This document shows positions 30,469-40,521 of a stretch of 64,000 nt of DNA, piece after piece. Every line of letters begins with the position of its first letter. Position 1 is the stretch's first letter. A program made the translations under genes and the position numbers. This DNA is from Longimicrobiales bacterium (GTDB taxonomy: Bacteria > Gemmatimonadota > Gemmatimonadetes > Longimicrobiales > Gaopeijiaceae): the NCBI GenBank assembly GCA_965197725.1, contig CBDANQ010000060.1:64001-128000 (forward strand), in the 5' to 3' direction. The notes under the pieces were generated by a model, which saw nothing but the letters and a program-made list of their open reading frames with translations, made no database searches and was not told the DNA's origin.

Positions 30469-33400
30469 ATGCAAGCCAAGCTCATCGAGTGGGCCGTGAA
30501 CAACCGGTTCCTGGTTCTTCTGGCGACCGTGGTCGTTACGCTCGGAGGCCTCTGGGCGCTGGCCAGGACGCCCGTGGATGCGATCCCCGATCTGTCCGAC
30601 ATCCAGGTCATCGTCATGACCGAGTGGCCTGGGCAGGCGCCCGAACTCATGGAGGACCAGGTCACGTATCCCATGTCCACCGAGATGCTCAAGGTGCCCG
30701 GCGCTCGATGGGTCCGGGGCATGAGTCCATTCGGGCTCTCAGCCGTGTTCGTAGTGTTCGACGACGGAACGGACCTCTACTGGGCCCGCAGTCGGGTGCT
30801 CGAGTACCTGAACGGTGTGCGGGAGAGGCTCCCCGAGGGTGCGCGTCCTACGCTGGGGCCGGACGCGACCGGCGTCGGGTGGGTCATGCAGTACATCCTG
30901 ACGGACACGACCGGGACGCTGGATCTGGCGGAGCTCCGAAGCCTACAGGACTGGACGGTGAAGCCCGCCCTGACGTCCGTCCCGGGGGTGGCAGAGATCG
31001 CTACGCTCGGCGGTGTTCAACGGCAGTACCAAGTAGTCGTCGATCCGGCCCGCTTGCTGGCGTTCGGCATCTCGCTGGAGAGGGTCGTGGACGCCGTGAG
31101 GACCTCGAACCAGGACGTCGGAGGTCGTGTCCTGGAGCTGGGCGGAACCGAGTTCGTGGTTCGCGGGCGTGGGCGGTTCGAGGGGCTCGAAGATGTCCGG
31201 CTGGTACCAGTCGGTCTGGGCCCCGGCGGCACGCCGGTCCTGGTCGCTGATGTAGCGCGAGTGCAGTTCGGGCCCGAGATCCGGCGGGGCATCGCAGACC
31301 TCGATGGGCGAGGCGAGATCGTCACGGGCTTCGTCGTGATGCGCTACGGGGAGAACCCCCTCGACGTCATCGAGGGGGTCAAAGAGCGGATGACCGAACT
31401 GGAATCGACGCTTCCTACCGGCGTGCGGTTCGTCATGGGTTACGATCGCTCTGATCTGATTCGCACCGCCATCAGTACTCTCCGCGAGAAGCTCTTGGAA
31501 GAGTTTCTCATCGTGGCCGTAGTCACGCTCCTCTTTCTGTTTCACGCCCGCAGTGCGGTCGTGGTCATCGTCACTCTGCCCATCGGGATCCTGATGGCCT
31601 TCCTCGGCATGCGCTGGCTGGGGATCGGCGCCAACATCATGAGTCTGGGAGGGATCGCGATCGCGATCGGGGCGATGATCGACGCAGCGATCGTCATGGT
31701 CGAGAACCTTCACAAGCACATGGAGCGGAACGAGCGCGAGGGTTTGGGAATCGACCATTGGGATCTGGTGCTTCGCGCCTCGAAGGAGGTCGGACCGGCC
31801 CTCTTCACTTCGTTGCTCCTGATCACGCTCTCCTTCATACCCGTCTTTGCTCTCGAGGCCCAGGAGGGTCGTCTCTTCAAGCCGCTCGCGTGGACGAAGA
31901 CGCTTTCCATGGCTTCGGCGGCGCTGCTGTCGATCACTCTGGTGCCCGTCCTCATGGGTCTCTTCATCCGGGGTGGCGTCAGGGAGGAGGCGCGGAATCC
32001 TCTCAGTCGAATGATGATCGCCATCTACCGACCCCTCGTCCGCGGTGTTCTGCGCCACAGGTGGCCGACGCTCGGCGTGGCGTCGCTGATTCTGATGGTG
32101 ACCCTCTGGCCATGGACTCGATTGGGCAGTGAGTTCATGCCGCCACTCAACGAGGGGTCCATCATGGACATGCCGTCTTTTCAACCATCGATCGGGACGG
32201 CACAGGCGAAGGCGATTCTTCAGCAGCGCGATGCCGCCATAGCCGCGATCCCGGAAGTGGCTTCGGTGTTGGGCAAGGTCGGACGAGCCGAGAGCGCCAC
32301 GGACATGGCACCCATGGCCATGCTCGAGTCCATCGCGATCCTGAAGCTGGAAGAGGAGTGGCGGGAAGGAGTCACATACGACTCGCTCGTCGCCGAAATG
32401 AACGCCCGCGTGCGCACGCCCGGTGTCGCGAATATGTGGTCGATGCCGATCAAGAATCGATTGGACATGTTGGCGACGGGCATCAAGACGCCCGTCGGGA
32501 TCAAGATCTTCGGTCCCGACCTGGCCGTGTTGGACGAGCTCGGCAGGACCATCGAAGAGCTTCTTCCGCGGGTCCGAGGAACAAGTTCCGTCTTTGCTGA
32601 GCGCACGCTCGGCGGTCGGTATCTCGACGTGACGGTCAACCGAGAAGCGTCAGCACGACATGGAGTCACGTCCCGTGCTGTCCAGGTCGCGCTCCAGGGC
32701 GCCGTCGGAGGAATGCCCGCCGGCGAAGTCATCGAGGGTCGAGAGCGATACGGAGTTCTGGTTCGATATCCTCGCGACTTTCGGGATGACCCCAGACGGA
32801 TTCAAGATGTTCTCGTCGCCACGCCCACCGGAGCCCAGGTCGCCCTCGGCGAAATCGCGCATATCAAGCCCGTACAGGGTGCCCCAATCATCAAGTCCGA
32901 GAACGCCAACCTCAACAGCATCGTGTACATCGACATTCGTGGGCGAGACATCGGGGGGTACGTTCAGGAGGCCAGGGCGCTACTCGAGAGGGAGTTGGAC
33001 CTCCCGAACGGCTACACGTTGGTTTGGTCGGGACAGTTCGAGGCACTCGAGCGCGCCAAAGAACGCCTCGCCTATATGGTGCCGATCACAGTCAGCATCA
33101 TCTTCCTGTTGCTCTATCTGCAGTTCGGCACCGTAGTCGAGGCGAGCCTCATCATGCTGTCACTGCCGTTTTCCTTGGTGGGCGGCGTGTGGATCATGTG
33201 GGCCCTCGGATACAACATGAGTGTCGCAACCGCGATCGGGTTCATCGCCCTCGCTGGCGTGGCCGCCGAGACGGGCGTGATCATGCTCATCTACCTCGAT
33301 CAGGCGCACGTCGACAGCAAAAAGGTCGGGACGCTACTGGGCCGAGCGGATGTGGACGCAGCGGTGGAGTTCGGGGCCGTGGAACGTGTCCGACCCTTGA

Positions 33401-33585
33401 TGATGACCGTCACCGCGATCATTGCGGGCCTCCTCCCGATCCTCTGGGCACACGGGGCAGGCGCGGACGTCATGAAGCGGATCGCCGCGCCCATGGTGGG
33501 CAGGATGGTATCTGCGACGATCCTCACTTTGTTGGTGATCCCGGTGGTCTATTCACTCTGGCGGGAGTGGGAAGTGAGTGAATGA
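30469..33585 (+). CDS. cusA: CusA/SilA heavy-metal RND pump (Cu/Ag)
   Basis: DAIPDLSDIQVI, LGPDATGVGW, MIDAAIVMVEN, EFMPPLNEG, PIKNRLDML and GVAAETG. Confidence 0.95.
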   Translation: MQAKLIEWAVNNRFLVLLATVVVTLGGLWALARTPVDAIPDLSDIQVIVMTEWPGQAPELMEDQVTYPMSTEMLKVPGARWVRGMSPFGLSAVFVVFDDGTDLYWARSRVLEYLNGVRERLPEGARPTLGPDATGVGWVMQYILTDTTGTLDLAELRSLQDWTVKPALTSVPGVAEIATLGGVQRQYQVVVDPARLLAFGISLERVVDAVRTSNQDVGGRVLELGGTEFVVRGRGRFEGLEDVRLVPVGLGPGGTPVLVADVARVQFGPEIRRGIADLDGRGEIVTGFVVMRYGENPLDVIEGVKERMTELESTLPTGVRFVMGYDRSDLIRTAISTLREKLLEEFLIVAVVTLLFLFHARSAVVVIVTLPIGILMAFLGMRWLGIGANIMSLGGIAIAIGAMIDAAIVMVENLHKHMERNEREGLGIDHWDLVLRASKEVGPALFTSLLLITLSFIPVFALEAQEGRLFKPLAWTKTLSMASAALLSITLVPVLMGLFIRGGVREEARNPLSRMMIAIYRPLVRGVLRHRWPTLGVASLILMVTLWPWTRLGSEFMPPLNEGSIMDMPSFQPSIGTAQAKAILQQRDAAIAAIPEVASVLGKVGRAESATDMAPMAMLESIAILKLEEEWREGVTYDSLVAEMNARVRTPGVANMWSMPIKNRLDMLATGIKTPVGIKIFGPDLAVLDELGRTIEELLPRVRGTSSVFAERTLGGRYLDVTVNREASARHGVTSRAVQVALQGAVGGMPAGEVIEGRERYGVLVRYPRDFRDDPRRIQDVLVATPTGAQVALGEIAHIKPVQGAPIIKSENANLNSIVYIDIRGRDIGGYVQEARALLERELDLPNGYTLVWSGQFEALERAKERLAYMVPITVSIIFLLLYLQFGTVVEASLIMLSLPFSLVGGVWIMWALGYNMSVATAIGFIALAGVAAETGVIMLIYLDQAHVDSKKVGTLLGRADVDAAVEFGAVERVRPLMMTVTAIIAGLLPILWAHGAGADVMKRIAAPMVGRMVSATILTLLVIPVVYSLWREWEVSE

Positions 33586-33980
33586 CGGTACTGGCGGGAG
33601 ATCACGTCAGGTCAACGTGCGTCTCGGACCCGTCCTGTCGGTTGAACGCCGCAGATGACGACTTTCAAGAATCGCGAAAGCGGCAAATCGCGCAATCCAT
33701 CTAGGTTTTCTGATGTCTTGCCGTGATTCCGACCCCTACTCGGGCGGTGATAAGAGTGAGGTCGGACCTCAGGCGCACGTACCGTGCACGCGTTGCGCAA
33801 CAGCCAGCGTCCGACCCGCCCTGCGGTGGCTCCTGGATCGCCGGTCTTGTGCTCGGTCAGCACAGGACCGCCATTGTCGGAGTTCCGGTAGAGCACCTGC
33901 TTTGAGAACGCCTGGCTGGTCCAAAGACTCGGATTGCCCAGGCCCCATCTTTTGAACGCAGCCCTGGAGGGCGACAACCC

Positions 33981-35024
33981 ATGAGTCATGCAAGGCTCTT
34001 CCCGACGATTCTCCTTCTGCTCACGACCCTCCCGGTGTCGGCCCAGGAGCGCGGCAGAGTCCACGAGCTGAATGCATCGGCGGCGACGACGCACATCAGT
34101 TTCTTCGATGCCGCGCTCGAACCGGTGCTACGAATCGAATCCGGAGACGTGGTCCGACTCTCGACGGCCAGCATCAGTCCGGGCTGGCTCCAGAACCAGG
34201 GCGTCGAGCCGGAGCGCATCCCGGAAGAGCTGTTTCGCGCATATGACGGGGAGATGCGACTGAGACAGCCCCGCCCGGGCCCTTTCACCGGCCGCGGCGA
34301 CCATACGCTCACCGGCCCGATCTACGTCGAAGGCGCAGAACCGGGCGACATGCTGGAAGTCCGGATCCTTTCGGTCGACCTGTGGCTGCCCGTGGCGGGA
34401 CAGAGCACGAGGGCCAACCTCTACCCGGACGGGTTTGCGACGAATCGCCAGTTCGTGCACTGGATCGACCTGGAGAGCCGCACGGTCGAATACGCACCAG
34501 GCGTCGTAGTCCCTCTGGAGCCTTTCTGGGGCGTGATCGGAGTGGGCCCGCCACCCGCGATGGGCCGGGTCGGCAGCGGTGCCCCGAATGTCTTCGGGGG
34601 TAACATGGACAACCGGGACCTGGGAGCGGGAAGCACGCTGTACCTGCCCGTGTTCAACGAGGGCGCTCTGCTCTCGATCGGAGACGGCCACGGCACGCAG
34701 GGGTACGGCGAGGTGTCGGGTTCCGCGGTGGAGACGGCGCTCAAGGGTCAGATCCAGGTCATCCTGCACAAGGATCAGAGCCTGCGGTTGCCGCGAGCGG
34801 AGACACCGACCCACTACATGACGATGGGGCTCGACCGCGACCTCGATCAGGCCGCACTGATCGCAACGACGGAGATGATCGACTTTCTGGTCGCGACACA
34901 TGGCTTGGATCGCGAAACAGCCATGGCACTGTCGAGCGTCGCAATGGATCTGGTGGTGACCCAGATCGTGGACGGAACCAAAGGCATTCACGCGATGATC
35001 CCAAAATCGATCTTCGAACGATGA
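33981..35024 (+). CDS. Acetamidase/formamidase-family protein with signal peptide
   Basis: HTLTGPIYVEGAEPGD, GGNMD and GDGHGTQGYGEV. Confidence 0.9.
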   Translation: MSHARLFPTILLLLTTLPVSAQERGRVHELNASAATTHISFFDAALEPVLRIESGDVVRLSTASISPGWLQNQGVEPERIPEELFRAYDGEMRLRQPRPGPFTGRGDHTLTGPIYVEGAEPGDMLEVRILSVDLWLPVAGQSTRANLYPDGFATNRQFVHWIDLESRTVEYAPGVVVPLEPFWGVIGVGPPPAMGRVGSGAPNVFGGNMDNRDLGAGSTLYLPVFNEGALLSIGDGHGTQGYGEVSGSAVETALKGQIQVILHKDQSLRLPRAETPTHYMTMGLDRDLDQAALIATTEMIDFLVATHGLDRETAMALSSVAMDLVVTQIVDGTKGIHAMIPKSIFER

Positions 35025-35517
35025 CTGTGAACGAGGAGTTCGAGAGGTGATCGACGTGGCGCGAGAACACGTACCCAAAGGACAGGGACAATGAGAGTCA
35101 TACGACGGATTCGGTGTTGCGTCTTCCTCGCGGCCGCGCTACCGCTGGCTCCCCGACGGTATCGACCGTGCATCGTACACGCAGTGGGAGGTCCTCTTCA
35201 CTCTTCACTACGCCAAGCGCCTTTCCATCTATCGGGCTAACGACCAGTACGATCCTGACCGGCCCGCCGCAGAGGTTCCAGATGAGCTTCAAGAGCGATT
35301 CGCCACCTACTTGTTCCAGGAGCGGGGCCTAGACCGCTCAGACTTTTCGACCGTGGACCAACTGGGTCGGCTAGTGCTTCGCGAGGACTGGCACAAGGCA
35401 CTCGGGACTCGAGGGCAGTCCCTTGAAGGCTGGCAGGGACTGTGGGTTGAGGATCGCTACTTCGCTTGGAGTGGCCCCGGCTTGCACGGCCTTGAGGACC
35501 GTTCAAGTGTGCCGCCG

Positions 35518-36051
35518 TCACCGGCCCTTCTGGCGGGGCTCGAGGAATCGGGGATACGCAAGTCGTTCGGCAACCAGGGTGACGTCGAGTCGCTCCCTCA
35601 GACGTTCGAGGAGCTGAGTCAAGGTCCGCGCCTCTTCGCTCGTGAGGGCCTGGGCCGTCCGTCGGTTCATCGCGTCAAGCGGCTCATCCATCTCGGCGAG
35701 CAGGCTCAGTCCCTCGTCCGTAATCTCGATATCGACTCGCCGCCGGTCTTCCTCGTTCGGCTGTCGGCTCACCAACCCCCGCTTGCGGAGCTTCTCCACG
35801 AGGCGGGTCGCGTTCGCGGTTCGGTTCAGCATCCGCTCTTGGACATCGCACAGGTGGTACGTGCCCGACGTGCCCGCGCGATTGCCGCGAAGGATCCTCA
35901 GGATGTTGTACTGCTCGTTCGAGATGTCGAAGCGCTTGAGCTGTTCATGGTAAACCCGATACAGCCAGTGGCTGGTGAAGTGCAGGTTCAGCACGGCTTC
36001 TGTGTGCGCGTCCGGGAACTCCGCCTGTTTGATCTCATCGGCAAGCTTCAC
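35518..36051 (-). CDS. MarR-family regulator
   Basis: QYNILRILRG, NATRLVEKL and EDRRRVDIEIT. Confidence 0.9.
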   Translation of the reverse strand: MKLADEIKQAEFPDAHTEAVLNLHFTSHWLYRVYHEQLKRFDISNEQYNILRILRGNRAGTSGTYHLCDVQERMLNRTANATRLVEKLRKRGLVSRQPNEEDRRRVDIEITDEGLSLLAEMDEPLDAMNRRTAQALTSEEARTLTQLLERLRERLDVTLVAERLAYPRFLEPRQKGR

Positions 36052-36076
36052 GGCATCACCAGGTCGTCAGGATCAC

Positions 36077-36150
36077 TTGACAATCGTCGAGCGCACGATG
36101 AGTGTGTATTCACTTAATGAATACTCGTAATATCTTGAGCGTGGGTCAAG
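36077..36150. promoter_or_regulatory. Divergent promoter region with a palindromic operator
   Basis: TTGACA at 36077, TTGACC on the minus strand near 36149, palindrome GTATTCA-CTTAA-TGAATAC at 36106-36124. Confidence 0.65.
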
Positions 36151-36201
36151 CGCGGTCACTCGTGGCCTTCGCCTTCGAGCCCACTACATGGAGGTCGAAT
36201 C

Positions 36202-37068
36202 ATGCCTGACAGCAGACTGGTCTTGGTGGCCGGGGCCACGGGGCAACAGGGGGGCTCGGTGGCACGCCGACTCCTCGAGGGCAGATTCAGAGTCCGCGGA
36301 GTCACGCGCAACGTCGACTCCGATGCCGCGAAGGAACTCACGGCGATGGGCGCGGAGATCGTGCGCGCGGAGTTCACCGACCCGGAGTCCCTCGATGCGG
36401 CGCTCGAGGGTGTGGATGCGGTCTTTGCGGTGACCACGCCGTTCGAGGCGGGCGTCGATGCCGAGACCGCCCAGGGTGTGGCGCTTGTCGACGCTGCCGC
36501 CGCCGCGGGGGTGGATCACTTCGTATACAGCTCAGTCGCCTCGGCGGACAAAGCAACCGGAGTCCCCCATTTCAAAAGCAAGTATCGGGTCGAGGAGCAT
36601 CTCGCCGCGAGCGATCTCCGTTGGTCCGTCGTCGCTCCGGTGTACTTCATGGGCAACCTGTTCTTCCCGGACATGCTCGACGGACTCAAGGAAGGCGCGT
36701 ACGCAATCGCGCTCCCCGCTGATCTTTCGCTACAGCAGATCGCCGCCGAGGACATAGGCGCGTTCGTCGCCCATGTGCTGGCCAATGCGGACGAGTTTGC
36801 TAGAACGCGCATCGACATCGCGGGCGACGAACTCTCTTCGCAGAAGTCGGCGGACGTGCTGGCCGACATCCTGGGCAAGCCGATCTCAGTCGTTGCACTA
36901 CCGATCGATGGGATTCGGTCCTTCAGCGAGGACCTCGCCCTCATGTACGAGTGGTTCGTCAGCACCGGATACGTGGCGGACGTCGAGGGACTCCGCTCGT
37001 CCTATCCTGAGATAGGCTGGACCCGGTTCGCTGAGTGGGCGACACGGATTCCGGCCGCTCTCGTTTGA
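36202..37068 (+). CDS. NmrA/HSCARG-family NAD(P)-binding protein
   Basis: GATGQQGG, FVYSSV and GVPHFKSK. Confidence 0.9.
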   Translation: MPDSRLVLVAGATGQQGGSVARRLLEGRFRVRGVTRNVDSDAAKELTAMGAEIVRAEFTDPESLDAALEGVDAVFAVTTPFEAGVDAETAQGVALVDAAAAAGVDHFVYSSVASADKATGVPHFKSKYRVEEHLAASDLRWSVVAPVYFMGNLFFPDMLDGLKEGAYAIALPADLSLQQIAAEDIGAFVAHVLANADEFARTRIDIAGDELSSQKSADVLADILGKPISVVALPIDGIRSFSEDLALMYEWFVSTGYVADVEGLRSSYPEIGWTRFAEWATRIPAALV

Positions 37069-37132
37069 TCGCGACCCGATAGGCGGTCGCGCGGGGCACC
37101 CTTTGTCACATCATCCGAACCTGGGGGTCACG

Positions 37133-38482
37133 ATGCCTACCGTTAATGCCGAGGTCGAGCAGTTCATGGGAGGGCTCGTCAAGCGCAATCCGGGGGAGCC
37201 GGAGTTCCATCAGGCCGTCCAGGAGTTCGTCGAGACGGTGATGCCGGCCTACTTGAACCACCCCGCGTACATGAAGGCGCAGATCCTCGAGCGGATGACC
37301 GAGCCGGACCGGATCATCACGTTCCGGGTCTCGTGGGAAGATGACGAAGGCAACATTCGCGCGAACCGAGCCTGGCGCGTGCAGTTCAACAACTCGATCG
37401 GTCCGTACAAGGGCGGAATGCGGTTCCATCCAACTGTGACGCAGTCGGTATTGAAGTTCCTGGGTTTCGAGCAGTGCTTCAAGAACGCTCTCACGACCCT
37501 GCCGATGGGCGGTGGCAAGGGAGGTTCGAACTTCAACCCGAAGGGGAAGTCCGACCGCGAGGTGATGCGATTCTGCCAATCCCTCATGATCGAGTTACAC
37601 CGACACATCGGCGAGGACACGGACGTGCCGGCCGGGGACATCGGCGTCGGGGCCCGAGAGATCAGCTACATGTTCGGTATGTACAAGCGTTTGGAGAACA
37701 GGTTCGTAGGCACGCTCACCGGCAAGGGCCTCACCTTCGGCGGCAGCCTTGTCCGCACCGAAGCCACCGGCTACGGCACGGTGTATTTTATTGAGCAGAT
37801 GCTCGAGCACAGGGGCGAAAGCCTGCGCGACAAGACCGTCGCGATCTCAGGTTCCGGCAACGTGGCCATCTATGCCGCGCACAAGTCGTTTGAGTTGGGC
37901 GCCAAGGTTGTAACACTGTCCGACTCAAGTGGCACGATCTACGATCCCGACGGCATCGACGAGGAGAAGCTGTCGTACGTCAGGGACCTGAAAGAGGTGC
38001 GGCGCGGGCGCATCGCCGAGTACGCCGACCGTTTCGGCTGCGAGTTCCGCGATGGGCAACGGCCTTGGGGAGTGTCCTGCGACGTGGCGATCCCGTGCGC
38101 GACTCAGAACGAACTCGACATCGGCGATGCGAAGACGCTGCTGAACAACGGCTGTTCCGTCGTGGCAGAGGGCGCCAACATGCCAAGCACTCTGGACGCC
38201 GCGCACCAGTTCCTGGACGCCAAGATACTGTACGCACCGTCAAAGGCCGCCAACGCCGGCGGCGTGGCGGTGTCCGGTCTCGAGCAGTCCCAGAACGCTC
38301 TGCGCATCTCCTGGAGCCGCGAAGAAGTCGACTCGCGCCTGAGCGACATCATGAAGAACATCCACGAGCAATGTGTGGCGCACGGTGCCGAAGAGGCCGG
38401 CCACGTGAACTACGTGAAAGGTTCGAACGTCGCGGGCTTCGTCAAGATCGCCGAAGCGATGCTCGCGTATGGAGTCGTCTGA
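37133..38482 (+). CDS. gdhA: NADP-specific glutamate dehydrogenase
   Basis: GPYKGGMRFHP, GGGKGG, DVPAGDIGVG, GSGNVA and KAANAGGV. Confidence 0.96.
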   Translation: MPTVNAEVEQFMGGLVKRNPGEPEFHQAVQEFVETVMPAYLNHPAYMKAQILERMTEPDRIITFRVSWEDDEGNIRANRAWRVQFNNSIGPYKGGMRFHPTVTQSVLKFLGFEQCFKNALTTLPMGGGKGGSNFNPKGKSDREVMRFCQSLMIELHRHIGEDTDVPAGDIGVGAREISYMFGMYKRLENRFVGTLTGKGLTFGGSLVRTEATGYGTVYFIEQMLEHRGESLRDKTVAISGSGNVAIYAAHKSFELGAKVVTLSDSSGTIYDPDGIDEEKLSYVRDLKEVRRGRIAEYADRFGCEFRDGQRPWGVSCDVAIPCATQNELDIGDAKTLLNNGCSVVAEGANMPSTLDAAHQFLDAKILYAPSKAANAGGVAVSGLEQSQNALRISWSREEVDSRLSDIMKNIHEQCVAHGAEEAGHVNYVKGSNVAGFVKIAEAMLAYGVV

Positions 38483-38589
38483 CAGCACCATGAAAGCCTC
38501 CGAACTGTTCGTGGGTAGCGATATCTCACCGCCGTCGCTCGGGACTTCCGACGGCTACCCTCGGCTCGGCCACGAGGACTACCCACGAC

Positions 38590-38676
38590 TTCGCAACGGT
38601 TCGCAACGACACGCTGGACGGCTTCGCAACGGACCGTGCCGTTGCGAGTTCGGTCATTCGCTACGGGTTCGCAACG
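38590..38676. repeat. Cluster of TTCGCAACG 9-mers, candidate integrase arm sites
   Basis: Copies at 38590, 38600, 38623 and 38668, variant at 38657, inverted partial copy at 38640. Confidence 0.6.
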
Positions 38677-38849
38677 CGAATCCCGCTGCAAACCAGCACG
38701 AAGGCGCTACGAGCGCCCATGCACAGGCCGGGGGGGGGGGAGCCGTCCGCAGGGCTGAGCCGTGGTCGCGTGGAGGTCGCGCCCCAGATCTCGGTCGAGC
38801 CCAGCATCTTCTTCAACTGGATCGACCTGGCCCAGGGTGTTTTCAAGGT

Positions 38850-38894
38850 GCCTTACAATCAGGGGGTCGCTGGTTCGAGTCCGGCAGCGCCCAC
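38850..38894 (+). pseudogene. 3' half of a tRNA (probably Val-TAC), att-site remnant
   Basis: CTTACAA loop, GGGGGTC GCTGGTTCGAGTCCGGC AGCGCCCA; no D arm or 5' acceptor strand. Confidence 0.6.
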
Positions 38895-38912
38895 TTCAAG
38901 AATAGGCGTACA

Positions 38913-38990
38913 TATCGGATCGGGCACCCTCGGAGCCACCACTTTTCTTTTCCCCTCTCAGGGACCTTCAACTACGGCTGGGTCAGCTTC
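38913..38990 (-). mobile_element. Solo left end of IS256 isoform 2
   Basis: Near-identical to 6797-6874. Confidence 0.85.
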
Positions 38991-39081
38991 CCGTAGCTTC
39001 ACTCGGTCGGACACCGGCGTGTAGGCGGCCAAGTGCGAGATCAACGTGGTGCTTCCAGGCATTGACGAATAGGCAACAGCT

Positions 39082-39981
39082 ATGAATATGCGAACCAGAC
39101 TTGTCCTCCCACTGGTGTTGACACTCGCCATCGGGCTGTCAGCCCCGATCGCCGCCCAAGAAGCCACCGAGTACGGCCCGGCGAACGGCACGCTTGTCAT
39201 TGTCGGCGGTGGATCGATGGCGGGAACGGGCATCATGGAGAAGTTCATCGAGCTGGGAGGCGGTGCCGAAGAGGGCCGCTTCGTCGTCGTGCCCACCGCC
39301 GGTGGCAACTACGACCAGGAGGATAAGCTCCGAGTCTTCGACGAGGATCGGATCCTGAGTTCGTGGCGCGAGCGCGGTGTGGTGAACGTTTCGATGCTGC
39401 ATACGCACGATTCCCAGCTCGCCGACACTGAGGCGTTTGTGGCGGACCTCGCGCAGGCGACGGCGGTGTGGTTCAACGGAGGTCGTCAGTGGAACATCGT
39501 CGACTCGTATGCGGGCACACGCACCTACGACCTCTTCCACGCGGTGCTCGAGCGCGGAGGCGTGATCGGCGGAAGCTCAGCTGGTGCTACGATCCAGGGT
39601 GAGTACCTCGTCCGCGGCGCTACCGAAGGCCCACAGATCGTCATGACCGACGAAGATAATCATCAGCTCGGCTTCGAGTTCCTGCGCAAATCGGCGATCG
39701 ATCAGCACATCAACACACGCAACCGCTGGGACGACATCATCCCGGTCATCGAGCAGCAACCGCATCTGCTCGGCATCGGCCTCTCCGAGGGCACGGCGAT
39801 CATCGTCACCGGCGACACATTCGAGGTGATGGGAGAATGGAGGGTCGCGGTGCACGACAACACGCGCACGTACCAGCCCTGGCAGAAGCCGTACTTCGTG
39901 CTGGCGCCCGGCGACGCCTACGACATGAAGGCGCGTCGGGTCGTGAAGCTCGGGGATGGCACTACGCCGAAGAGGCGCTAG
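39082..39981 (+). CDS. Secreted cyanophycinase-like peptidase (S51)
   Basis: LVIVGGG, VVPTA, GGRQ, GGSSAGA and IDQH; signal peptide. Confidence 0.88.
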   Translation: MNMRTRLVLPLVLTLAIGLSAPIAAQEATEYGPANGTLVIVGGGSMAGTGIMEKFIELGGGAEEGRFVVVPTAGGNYDQEDKLRVFDEDRILSSWRERGVVNVSMLHTHDSQLADTEAFVADLAQATAVWFNGGRQWNIVDSYAGTRTYDLFHAVLERGGVIGGSSAGATIQGEYLVRGATEGPQIVMTDEDNHQLGFEFLRKSAIDQHINTRNRWDDIIPVIEQQPHLLGIGLSEGTAIIVTGDTFEVMGEWRVAVHDNTRTYQPWQKPYFVLAPGDAYDMKARRVVKLGDGTTPKRR

Positions 39982-39994
39982 AGTCCAGGAGTAC

Positions 39995-40175
39995 GAAGCA
40001 ACTGCGTCCCTTTCTGCAAAACAACCCGGACACCGCCAGTGCCGTCCTCCGGATCTTCATCCGTACCGTCCGAACGACCCTGTGCCGCACGACCCCTGGC
40101 GCGTCCCGCGACGCTCAGCTAGGGCGATCACCTTCCTTCATCGTTTCGACTCATCTCTGAACGCTCACTTCCACA
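39995..40175 (+). pseudogene. IS91-family (Y2/HUH) transposase fragment
   Basis: KQLRPFL...QLG, frameshift, then AITFLHRFDSSLNAHFH. Confidence 0.65.
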
Positions 40176-40521
40176 GTGCCTCGACCGGATAATCATGCTC
40201 GGTGAGCAGCACTTGCGGCGGGCGGTTGCCAGCCACGTGGAGCATCATCACGTGGAGCGCTGCCACCAAGGCATCGGCAACCGACTGATCGAGGAGGTTC
40301 CAGAACTCGCCTCAGGGCCGGTCGCCCGACAGGAACGGCTGGGAGGAATCCGCAGCCACTACTACCGCGAAGCCGCTTGATGGGTCGATCGAATATTGGA
40401 ACAGGACGGGGGAGGGGCGCCAGCCGGCCGAGCTGGAGTCTGCCTGGCACGGGCTCAAGTTGACGTTACGCTCGCCAGGGAGGTAGGCTGGCAGCATCAT
40501 CGTAAGCCCAGGGAGGATCCA

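Noticed and set aside
33700..33770. Group II intron 3' end (CCCCTACTCGG)
   Set aside because: No recognisable domain V and no reverse transcriptase nearby
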